Of a DNA stretch of 64,000 nucleotides, positions 19,561-28,330 are shown piece after piece; position 1 is the stretch's first letter, and each line of letters begins with the position of its first letter. Below the pieces are notes generated by a model, which worked only from the letters and a program-made list of their open reading frames with translations, had not been told where the DNA came from and searched no databases. Origin of the DNA: Thermoplasmatota archaeon (lineage in GTDB: Archaea > Thermoplasmatota > Penumbrarchaeia > Penumbrarchaeales > Penumbrarchaeaceae); contig CBDDUX010000038.1 in assembly GCA_965234725.1 (NCBI GenBank), forward strand, positions 19,323 to 83,322, in the 5' to 3' direction. A program made the position numbers and the translations under genes.

Positions 19561-21093
19561 ATGGATATCCAAGAGGAAGAGGGAAGGATGCCATCCATTG
19601 TCATTGTTGGAATTGGCGGTGGTGGGTCCAGGATACTATCAGATGGAATGGAAAAGGTCATCAAATACATCAATGTGGATAGATACAACTGCCTGGCGAG
19701 AGCTGTAAGGGCAAACACCGAAAGGCCTCTCACTTTCATCGTGGATACCTCTTCGGATCCCACCCGAAAGGGATTCTTCGAGAACATTCCGGATGACCAG
19801 AAGATATCACTTTCAGAATCTGCTCGTGGTATGTCCAGAGGTGCGGGAGGGAGACCGGGTCGGGCAGCAAAGGCAGTTCTTAATGATGAAGTCGTCAAGA
19901 ACCTTGCATTCAATCTCTATAAACCGATCTCAGAAGCAGAACCTGCCATTGTTGTGATCATCCATACAGCAGACGGAGGAACCGGAGGAGGTCTGACTCC
20001 CGAGGTAATCCATCATCTTGGTTACTGCTTGCCCATGTCCACAATATTCTGGATCTTCACCGTACTTCCGAAAAGAACAGCACTCTCTCTCCTGGGTCCA
20101 AGGACCGTGGCTCCCACAATGGGGAAACTCTTGAAGGTAGCAAGAAGGGTCACACGGAGGGATTTTACAAATATTCCATTCCGCTGCAGAGAGGTTATAA
20201 ATTCAGCCATAAAACTGAAAAAGCTGGACCAGTCATATGAGTTCCAGCATTCTCGTATCGCAATTTTTCCACTCTCCAATCACCATTTCGCCCAGTGCAT
20301 GGAAGGTTTCGGCGGGAAACAGATAAGGGAAGAGGTTCTAAATCCATTCCCGATAGAACTCCTTTCCCAGGCTCTTTATCCTTATCTGAAATATAATGTC
20401 GCAACTTATGATGAACAGGTCTGGATGCAGGAGAACTGGCCTCTCGGTCCGATAGACATCCCGGACATCATGGCGGGTCTCACATCTGAAAGGCCCTTTG
20501 TGATCCCTCACCTTTTTGTGGATCCTGATATAGATGATCAGGATAGTATTGAGAGTGTGGTTAAGGACCTGGAGGAGGGGAGGATAAGATTGGAAGTTCA
20601 GAATGGGGAAAAAGGGAGTGAGGATCTGGGCCTCTTCACTTTCACAGGTTCCTCATCAGCTCTCTTCGAGTTCAGAGCAACATCACTCTACTGCATCCCC
20701 ATATACCCGGAGGGCAGTTCATATTTCGACAGTTTTGGAGATTTCGTGTCTGATATCTGGTTTCCATCACTCTCAGGGAAATTAAAATTCATCACAGGGA
20801 AACAGGGATTGAAACTAGGGGTCATCAGCCATGCAGCCAATCTCAAACCCCAACCGATCCCAAGACCTCCAGGAGATATCGACCTGGGTTTCAAAAATGG
20901 ACTTTTAGTCACACTTCTGTTTGGCGCGGTTCCCAAGGACCTACCTATCTGGCTTGAGGCGACAAGAGATATCATAGAAGGATACAAGACAGAGGATTTC
21001 TGGGAAGTATCCGGATATGATGCAAGGGATTGGTTGAACGAGATCTCAGCTTATGTTGGATGGCCTGATTGGCCTTACAAGAAATATAATTAG
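19561..21093 (+). CDS. Divergent FtsZ/tubulin-superfamily GTPase (start may be 19588)
   Basis: GIGGGGSRI (T1), GAGGRPG (T3), TADGGTGGG (T4 signature), VLP, LSN and GPIDIPDI (T7-like). Confidence 0.8.
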   Translation: MDIQEEEGRMPSIVIVGIGGGGSRILSDGMEKVIKYINVDRYNCLARAVRANTERPLTFIVDTSSDPTRKGFFENIPDDQKISLSESARGMSRGAGGRPGRAAKAVLNDEVVKNLAFNLYKPISEAEPAIVVIIHTADGGTGGGLTPEVIHHLGYCLPMSTIFWIFTVLPKRTALSLLGPRTVAPTMGKLLKVARRVTRRDFTNIPFRCREVINSAIKLKKLDQSYEFQHSRIAIFPLSNHHFAQCMEGFGGKQIREEVLNPFPIELLSQALYPYLKYNVATYDEQVWMQENWPLGPIDIPDIMAGLTSERPFVIPHLFVDPDIDDQDSIESVVKDLEEGRIRLEVQNGEKGSEDLGLFTFTGSSSALFEFRATSLYCIPIYPEGSSYFDSFGDFVSDIWFPSLSGKLKFITGKQGLKLGVISHAANLKPQPIPRPPGDIDLGFKNGLLVTLLFGAVPKDLPIWLEATRDIIEGYKTEDFWEVSGYDARDWLNEISAYVGWPDWPYKKYN

Positions 21094-21099
21094 AATATA

Positions 21100-21355
21100 T
21101 CTGGAAATTCTTAGGTAATTACTAATTGATCAACAATTTCCAGATTTTATTTATCTGGCAACTCACTTGCGTCACTGATATAGAAAAACGTGAATTCGAG
21201 ACCATTGTAAAAAACAGGCTTCGCCTTAGGTTTTTTACTGTCCTTCGCATCACAGATACGAAGGCCCAGCAACAGTAGATCGTCAATTTCAAGAACTACT
21301 GTGCGGGTCTGGAAATTCTTAGGTAATTACTAATTGATCAACAATTTCCAGATTT
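21100..21355. repeat. Two identical 48-bp palindromic direct repeats (21100-21147, 21308-21355) flanking a 160-bp multi-hairpin segment
   Basis: TCTGGAAATTCTTAGGTAATTACTAATTGATCAACAATTTCCAGATTT occurs twice with a period of 208 bp. Confidence 0.95.
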
Positions 21356-21359
21356 AAAT

Positions 21360-21394
21360 AAAAAAAAAGGGGAAGGTCAACAAAGACCTCCCCC
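21360..21394 (-). terminator. Hairpin + U-tract terminator of the 1412-aa gene
   Basis: Minus strand GGGGGAGGTC-TTTGTT-GACCTTCCCC followed by a T run. Confidence 0.75.
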
Positions 21395-21420
21395 ATCAGG
21401 TTCTTCTCTCAAACCGGTTC

Positions 21421-24400
21421 TCAGATCCTCTTGGTGGTCTTCAGCAAGAGCGCAGCTCCGACGAGTGCGACAATGGCCAGCAGGATGATGAGCATGGTGG
21501 AGATTATCGGGTTGTTGTTCACCAGCTCCTTCACAACAAAGCTGCCCTGGACCTTGACGGTCCTGCTAACTGAGTTGCTGTCTCCTTCTCCTCCGGGTGC
21601 TTCAACAACGGTGTTCTCAGGATCGAGAATTACCTCGACCTTGTGATCACCTGCTTCTGCGACCCAGGAGAAGATGACCGTCTTCTCATCGGTCTCATTG
21701 TCTCCGTTCCTTACTGACCTCAGGGTCGAGACCTTCTTCTCCTCACCATCGATCTTCAGCTGGACATCCACGTTCTCTGCGGGGATATCACCGACGTTCT
21801 TGATCTTCACTATAATAGTGAGGACATCACCGACGGTGGCATGATAACCGCTGTCTGCGTTACCACCCGAGAATTCCACTGCCCTGCCCTTATCGTCCTT
21901 CACGAAGACGAGATCGGGGAACAGGACCTCGAGCTTGATGATGGTCTCATTCCAATCGTTCGGACCACCCTCTCCGCGACCTGCGACAGAGATGTCTGTG
22001 GTCGCTGAGGACTGGACCTCGAACCTCGGAGCCTTCAAAGTCAGATGGACCCATGCGGTCTGACCCTTATCCAGGACAAGGGTTATGTCGCGGATCTCGT
22101 TCAGGTTGGATCCAGAAACCGCTGCTGCGGTGAAGTTCGGTGTGTAGTAAACATCCGCCACCAGATTCGAGATCGGGATCTCGTTGGTGAAGTCGAAGGG
22201 TCTTATGTTGGTCGTGAAGTCAGGTGTGTTGGCGATTGCAACAAACTTACCTTCCCAACCATCATAGAGGACCTCCATCTGGTCCCTGACCGGATCATAC
22301 TGCTTTCCAAGCCTCAGGGTTACCCTCTCGAGGCCGTTTCCGTAGTTGCCGACCCGGAGGACGAATGGTTTCTCCTGGTCAGGCTGGATCTGGGCGGTCA
22401 TGACATTGGTATCGTCCAGGGTTTCGACCTGTAGATCGTATGTCTGATTCACATAGACCTTAACGTATACGACCTTGGATGAGCCTTCACCTGTCAGATT
22501 CACTCCAACAACATACCAACCGGTCCTTGTGTTTTCCGGGACCTTGATACGGCCGTTGATGAAGATATTGCTCTTCCAGTCCATGGTGAACTCATACTTC
22601 TGGTAACCTTCCAGATTGTAGAAGGTCAGATTCCAATCAAGGAGGATCTCGTAGGCATTGGGCATGATCATGTCCTCGCCGTTCCCAAGGTTGGATACCT
22701 GCATCCTGAACCATACGTTGTTGCCGGGATCCACCCTTACACTGTCCTTTTCAATTACCACCGCATCGAACTCATAGACATGGTTGACTATGACCGTCAG
22801 CGGAGCAGAAGCACGGATATTGGTGGCATCTTTGACCACACCTATCACATTCAGGACCAGCTTCTGATTTGCTCCAACGTATCCGGGGGCAGTTACTCTG
22901 ATGGTAACAGGTCTTGTCTGTCCCTGGTATACCGCCTGGGGTTCCTCGGGATATCTAACTGTCCAGCCAGGCTGCTTACCTTCTATTGAGAGTACAACAT
23001 AGATAATATCCTTGTTACCAAGGTTGGTTATCTCAAGTGTGTATTCCACAGTTCCGTTCGGATCAACATATTTGGTGGAATCCTCGATCCTGAGCTGAAG
23101 TTCGTTCACCTCACCGACTATCATGATCAGTTTGTCGACCTTGATGATATCCTCGATAACTGCTTCCTTGGACCTTCCGGAAACACCGGTCAATATGATG
23201 GGGATCTGTGTATCCTTGGTAGCATCGATGGGACATTTCACCTTTACGGTGAATGAAGTTCCGGTGATCCCACCGAACTGTTCGGCAAGAGGCGGCGCAG
23301 TAAGGGATATGTTCGCTGTAATATCTCCGGTCTCAACGAAATACCAATCCCAACCAGCATCCAGTGGAGGCGGGCTGAGTGTAAGCTCGTAGGTATCATT
23401 GAGGTTGCCCTTGTTCAGTACGGATATCGTGTATATACCTTCAGCTCCCGGATTGATCTTGTCCCATTTCTCGCCAACAAGCGGATCAAGGGGATCGGTG
23501 GAAGGTTGTTTCAGGTAGTTCAACTCGAAATCCACGAACAGGTCCAGGATCGTCAGGGTGGTTATCGAATCCGAAGCGAACTGGTCCTGTGAAGAGTTGG
23601 CAGATACATTGATCCTTGCCATCTCTCCGATGTCACCTTCCCACGGAGCATAGACCGTCAACTGAAGGAAAGCAACCTCTTGTGAAGCGAGTCTCACATA
23701 GCTCGGATTATCGTTTCCTCTGTCTGGGGGTGTGTCCAGGAAGACAGACCAGCCCTGGGGGATGGAATCCTGCTCGACTTCAACATAGATAACGTCCTTG
23801 TTGACCTCTGAGATGCCCTTTCCGGTGTTCTCAACGGTCAGGTTGTATGTGACATATGATCCGGGCTGGGCGGACTTCACAACGGTGTCCAGGGGTTGTC
23901 CGGTCTCTATGTCCTTCCTGGGATAGATATCCACACCGAAGGAGGTCTGGGGGTTGTAGAATCCGGTCCTGTTGAGATCATAGTGGAACTCGGCCCAATC
24001 GGCCTGGCCCTTTACGGACCTTCCACCAGCGGAGATGCAGTAGACATGGCCTTCCTGGTCTCCAATGACGACCTCAAGCATACCATCCAGATCTATGTCA
24101 CCAACCACTGGTGATGAGATCCCTATGGGGACTGTGGTGTCGTAAACCCAGAGAACATCCTGGGTAGGACCGTCTCCCGGATATGGTACTCCTTCATCTA
24201 TACCATCGGACGGATCTCCATCGAAACAGAAGACCTTGCCCGAATCAGAACCTATAACGATCTCCAATTCATCATCATTGTTGATATTACATATCGCGGG
24301 AGAAGACATACATCTTCCACCCGTATCGAAAGACCATAGAAGGTTATGATATTCAGTGTTCATCACATACATCATACCATTATCGGATCCGAAGACCACC

Positions 24401-25659
24401 TCATAGTCGAGATGCTTCTCTTCGGGATCGTCCTTTGCCACCTGAAGATCGGCAACTGCCGGTGATGAGAAAATGGAGGCACGGGAACTGCCGGTCTGGT
24501 AGTCCCAGAGCTTCTTTCCGGAAGGAGTATAGACATAGAGCTTTCCGCCCCATCCGGTCCAGGTCCTCGGATATCCTTCGGAACATCCGATGAAGATCTC
24601 ACACTCTGGGGAACCTGTGACGTTTGCAACAGCGGATGTTGCATAGGTCTGGTGACCTCCCAGATATCCGCTTGTGCTCTCGTCATAGTTGGGTTTCCCC
24701 TCAGCGTTCTCTCCCTGCCTTTCCCAGATCCTCAGACCCCTATCGTGGTTTCCTATGATGAGCTCGGTGTCCCTTTCCTTGGATGGATCAGGATTGATCA
24801 GCTCTGGACCATCCCAGAAATCACCATCAAGGTCGTGGGCGACGACAGAGCATCCGATAAGACCTCCCTCACCGCCGGTCGGAGCTTCTTCTCTGAAGAT
24901 CGCACCACCGTCGACCTCGAAGGCCTCCATCCAACCCTTCCTTCCTTCATCATCGGAAGCAAGGACGATCTCAAGGTCCTCCTTGTCACCAGTCCAATCT
25001 CCTTCAAGATCGGTGATACAGGCTGTGGAGAAGTAATATCCAGTTGTCAATCCCTTCTTCCACTGCTTCTCTCCATCCGATCCGATACAAAGGGCTCCGT
25101 CCTTCACACCAATGATGATCTCGGGAGTATCACCAAGGTTCACATCAGCCGCAATGACCGATGCAAAGATGTGCGGAGGATCGAAATCGAGACCGGACGT
25201 ACCAGCCGTCTGTCCGAGATAATCTATGACATCATCACCATACGGATTGGGCCAAAAATAGCCCCCGTCAGGTCGTAATGCATAGATGTAATCACCAGCA
25301 GAGGCGATGACGACCTCAAGATCGTTGTCATTGTCCAGATCGACAATGGCAGGGGAAGAGAGATATTCTCCCTCAGCCTCGAACAAGGTGGTCTGCCATT
25401 CCAGCTGACCTCCGCCAGACCTGGTGATGTAGTCATTCACAAGCGGGTTTCCAGTATCATCTACGGGTGCCTTGATCTGACCAAATTTCTCGAAGAGATC
25501 CCTCTTCGAATTGAGCCAGGTATCGAAAACAAGGTTGTCGACATCAACTGTATCGACATATTTGTAAAGCACATATCCCCCAATGGCCGAAGCCGTGAGG
25601 AGCATCAGGATGCCCCCCATGAGCAGTAGTCCCTTGGGGTGGAATCTTTCTGTAATCAT
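21421..25659 (-). CDS. Large surface protein: FG-GAP/PQQ-like beta-propeller, Ig-like (NEW3-type) repeats, CARDB, TM anchor
   Basis: SSPAIVDLDNDNDLEVV-type repeats, HYDLNRTG, V.N.GN..D Ig repeats, PDL...NVGDIPA...DPENTVVE (CARDB), N- and C-terminal TMs. Confidence 0.85.
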   Translation of the reverse strand: MITERFHPKGLLLMGGILMLLTASAIGGYVLYKYVDTVDVDNLVFDTWLNSKRDLFEKFGQIKAPVDDTGNPLVNDYITRSGGGQLEWQTTLFEAEGEYLSSPAIVDLDNDNDLEVVIASAGDYIYALRPDGGYFWPNPYGDDVIDYLGQTAGTSGLDFDPPHIFASVIAADVNLGDTPEIIIGVKDGALCIGSDGEKQWKKGLTTGYYFSTACITDLEGDWTGDKEDLEIVLASDDEGRKGWMEAFEVDGGAIFREEAPTGGEGGLIGCSVVAHDLDGDFWDGPELINPDPSKERDTELIIGNHDRGLRIWERQGENAEGKPNYDESTSGYLGGHQTYATSAVANVTGSPECEIFIGCSEGYPRTWTGWGGKLYVYTPSGKKLWDYQTGSSRASIFSSPAVADLQVAKDDPEEKHLDYEVVFGSDNGMMYVMNTEYHNLLWSFDTGGRCMSSPAICNINNDDELEIVIGSDSGKVFCFDGDPSDGIDEGVPYPGDGPTQDVLWVYDTTVPIGISSPVVGDIDLDGMLEVVIGDQEGHVYCISAGGRSVKGQADWAEFHYDLNRTGFYNPQTSFGVDIYPRKDIETGQPLDTVVKSAQPGSYVTYNLTVENTGKGISEVNKDVIYVEVEQDSIPQGWSVFLDTPPDRGNDNPSYVRLASQEVAFLQLTVYAPWEGDIGEMARINVSANSSQDQFASDSITTLTILDLFVDFELNYLKQPSTDPLDPLVGEKWDKINPGAEGIYTISVLNKGNLNDTYELTLSPPPLDAGWDWYFVETGDITANISLTAPPLAEQFGGITGTSFTVKVKCPIDATKDTQIPIILTGVSGRSKEAVIEDIIKVDKLIMIVGEVNELQLRIEDSTKYVDPNGTVEYTLEITNLGNKDIIYVVLSIEGKQPGWTVRYPEEPQAVYQGQTRPVTIRVTAPGYVGANQKLVLNVIGVVKDATNIRASAPLTVIVNHVYEFDAVVIEKDSVRVDPGNNVWFRMQVSNLGNGEDMIMPNAYEILLDWNLTFYNLEGYQKYEFTMDWKSNIFINGRIKVPENTRTGWYVVGVNLTGEGSSKVVYVKVYVNQTYDLQVETLDDTNVMTAQIQPDQEKPFVLRVGNYGNGLERVTLRLGKQYDPVRDQMEVLYDGWEGKFVAIANTPDFTTNIRPFDFTNEIPISNLVADVYYTPNFTAAAVSGSNLNEIRDITLVLDKGQTAWVHLTLKAPRFEVQSSATTDISVAGRGEGGPNDWNETIIKLEVLFPDLVFVKDDKGRAVEFSGGNADSGYHATVGDVLTIIVKIKNVGDIPAENVDVQLKIDGEEKKVSTLRSVRNGDNETDEKTVIFSWVAEAGDHKVEVILDPENTVVEAPGGEGDSNSVSRTVKVQGSFVVKELVNNNPIISTMLIILLAIVALVGAALLLKTTKRI

Positions 25660-25826
25660 TTTTCCATACCTCCTTTCTAAGAACCGGTCATACGTTTCCT
25701 ACAACCAAATTATCCCTGGCGATGATATTAATACATTCCTGTACACGACTTGTATCGATCACCTGGACTTATTAGCGGGTTGGGGTTCAAAGTCTTTGTC
25801 TTATAAAAGAATAATGGGATTTACCA

Positions 25827-26396
25827 TTAGTATGCGTCCAGGTTTGGTTTGTTAACAAGCTCTTCCTTTATGAGAGGAATGATCTTGTAAGGGAGGATGT
25901 TCTTGTTTATAGGAGTGACCTCCAAAATTCGGACATCATCCCTCCTTCGGATATCCTGTAATAGTGGATTCCTGGATTTCTTGTGAAGTGTGAGGAGAAG
26001 TGGTTTATCAGCCTCCAGAGCCTCTTTAACAGCCTCCACGAACTGTTTTGATTCCACCTCCAGCTTCCCAACCTCATCAATGACTATGACATCAGCCTCA
26101 TAAGTGGACCTTCTAATTGCAGCGACCCCGATACCATCGAGGGCGTCCATATCTATCCCGTAATCAAGGAACCGGATCTCAGAGACCATGTCGGTCCGGG
26201 CCAATACTCCCTCTTCCTTTGTAAGTAGGTCCTGGACCATGAAACCGACCTTAACTCCCCGTTCTATGATACCGTCGGTTATCATGCCGCCTACCTTTAT
26301 CCCCTCTGCCTCAAGCATCTCGACGACCTTTCTAAGGGCATGGGTCTTTCCAGCTCCAGGTAATCCGGTGATACCTATCTTTATCTTCTTAGACAC
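25827..26396 (-). CDS. Nucleoside-triphosphatase (THEP1/COG1618)
   Basis: ITGLPGAGKT, VGGMIT, IVIDEVGKLE. Confidence 0.9.
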   Translation of the reverse strand: MSKKIKIGITGLPGAGKTHALRKVVEMLEAEGIKVGGMITDGIIERGVKVGFMVQDLLTKEEGVLARTDMVSEIRFLDYGIDMDALDGIGVAAIRRSTYEADVIVIDEVGKLEVESKQFVEAVKEALEADKPLLLTLHKKSRNPLLQDIRRRDDVRILEVTPINKNILPYKIIPLIKEELVNKPNLDAY

Positions 26397-26604
26397 TTAT
26401 TCTCACCAACCCCTGTTCAGATTCGCCCCACAGGTCTTTTTACCGTAATATCAACGACCCTAATTAATCTATGGATTTCAATTCTATCCGAACTACCTGG
26501 AATATCTTAAGAAGGATAAAAAAAGTAAATTTCCTTTATGCTATCAGACCAATACGAAAAGTATTTAGGGGTTTTTAGGATATGGTATATGGAGGTGAAA
26601 ATGG

Positions 26605-26841
26605 ATGGTGATAGGATTCATTCTTATAAGTACGGCGCCGGCTAAGGAACATGACGTTTTCAAATCACTGATGAACGTCCCGGAGATAGTTGAACTTCAC
26701 CCCCTGTTTGGAGAGTACGATCTGATCGCCAAGATCGAGGCAAGGGATTTCAATACATTGGGCCAGATCGTGGTCGAAAAAGTGAGGTCAATACCCGGGG
26801 TCATCGATACAAAGACCCTGACCGGGATTAAGTTCACTTGA
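26605..26841 (+). CDS. Stand-alone Lrp/AsnC ligand-binding (RAM) domain protein
   Basis: LFGEYDLIAKIEA...VRSIPGVIDTKTL, with GGAGGTGA upstream. Confidence 0.9.
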   Translation: MVIGFILISTAPAKEHDVFKSLMNVPEIVELHPLFGEYDLIAKIEARDFNTLGQIVVEKVRSIPGVIDTKTLTGIKFT

Positions 26842-26865
26842 GGCAAAACCTTCCGGTCGATCCAC

Positions 26866-27348
26866 ATGCTTGATCAGTTAGTAGTGAAACATAGAGTACC
26901 GTCCAAGGGCATGCCAAGGACGGTCCTTCTTTTTCTTATCATCTGCACCCTCATAACTCTATCATTTATCTCCATCCCGGCAAATGGTGCTGAGGAAGAT
27001 GACAGCTCGGAACATGAATACCATAATAACGAGTTGACCTTTCTTTTGATCTCCTTTGTAATGACATACGGAGCCACTGCTGTTCTAGTTAGTATTTTCA
27101 CATTCAAATATGGCCAGGGAAAAGCAAAGATCATTGCGATCCCCATGCTTATTTCAGGTCTGTTGATCTGGTTTACCTGGATCTATTTCAAGTTCATTAT
27201 CAAAGCCGCCTTCCCGGATGATACCATATTGAATATCATTCATTGGTCCGCAGCACCCATCCTGAAACCATTACTTGCCGTGGTAGGGGTTTTCCTTGGC
27301 GGGGGGCTTTCTTTGTTCATATTCCTCACCATGGTTGTTAGATCATGA
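26866..27348 (+). CDS. Hypothetical membrane protein
   Basis: Signal peptide plus three TM segments. Confidence 0.65.
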   Translation: MLDQLVVKHRVPSKGMPRTVLLFLIICTLITLSFISIPANGAEEDDSSEHEYHNNELTFLLISFVMTYGATAVLVSIFTFKYGQGKAKIIAIPMLISGLLIWFTWIYFKFIIKAAFPDDTILNIIHWSAAPILKPLLAVVGVFLGGGLSLFIFLTMVVRS

Positions 27349-27552
27349 ACACTCGATCAAGATCGCAGACAATTGACCACATGTTTTATAAAAAAATCCC
27401 AAGATAACAAATAATTATCATTCAATATATCACATATTTATAAAATATAAATATGATAAAAGAATAAAATAAGCAAAAATGGAAACGATCCCGATCACCC
27501 ATACCAATCGACCGGGATAGTTTCAGATCTGCGATCCAATAATTACGTTGTT

Positions 27553-28023
27553 CTATTCCAGGCCAAACTCAATGTGTTTTATACCTTCATCTGATATCTT
27601 GAATCTTCCCTGTTTCCGGCCCTGATTGAGAAGACCATCTCCCATGAGCTTCCTGAAATAATAGGTCATATTTCCAGGGACCTCGATCATGTTCTTTTTC
27701 ATGAAACCGATCATTTCCTTGGAGCGGAACTCCCTTTTCCTTAGTTTCTTGTTGATGCAGAATGCAGAAACGAGCACTTTCATATCATTGTTCTTACCAT
27801 CAAGTTTCGGAAGAAGGTCACCGATCTCCAATGCTTTGACATCGATAGATGGCTTCGGTTTTGGCTTTGGACCCCTTTTCGCAGGTGCACCCTTGGATCT
27901 CTGTTTGGGAAAGATGACCTTGATCTCCTTGAAAACACCGTCAACGAATTCCTTATCTCCCTCGATCTCAATAAGATTCCTTCCATTCCTTACCTTTATC
28001 TTGTATAATTCCTTGGATTCCAT
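27553..28023 (-). CDS. Basic hypothetical protein, probably DNA-binding (AT-hook-like linker + winged helix)
   Basis: IEIEGDKEFV N-domain, KRGPKPKPKP linker, YFRKLMGDGLL...RFKISDEG (wHTH-like). Confidence 0.55.
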   Translation of the reverse strand: MESKELYKIKVRNGRNLIEIEGDKEFVDGVFKEIKVIFPKQRSKGAPAKRGPKPKPKPSIDVKALEIGDLLPKLDGKNNDMKVLVSAFCINKKLRKREFRSKEMIGFMKKNMIEVPGNMTYYFRKLMGDGLLNQGRKQGRFKISDEGIKHIEFGLE

Positions 28024-28330
28024 GTGATGGGATTATCTATTTCATATATAATATTATAGAATAAAATTTTAATAGAGATTGGAATGATTTGTTTTAATAA
28101 TTTTTTAATCACTCTTAATTTATATCATTGATATTCCTTTGGACCGTAAAGAAAATTAATGGAAATTTTTCCCCATAAGAATTATCCAATAGATAGCCAG
28201 TATACTTGAAAATGATCCGATAAGAATAACATCCGAACGGTAGGTTCAAGACCAAAACACACCAGATCGGATATTCCATTCCATTTGACTTTCAAAGGTG
28301 GAGGTCCGAGAGAAAAAATAGCGCAATATT

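Noticed and set aside
21100-21355. CRISPR array
   Set aside because: Only two repeats, 48 bp long, with a 160-bp structured insert and no adjacent cas genes.
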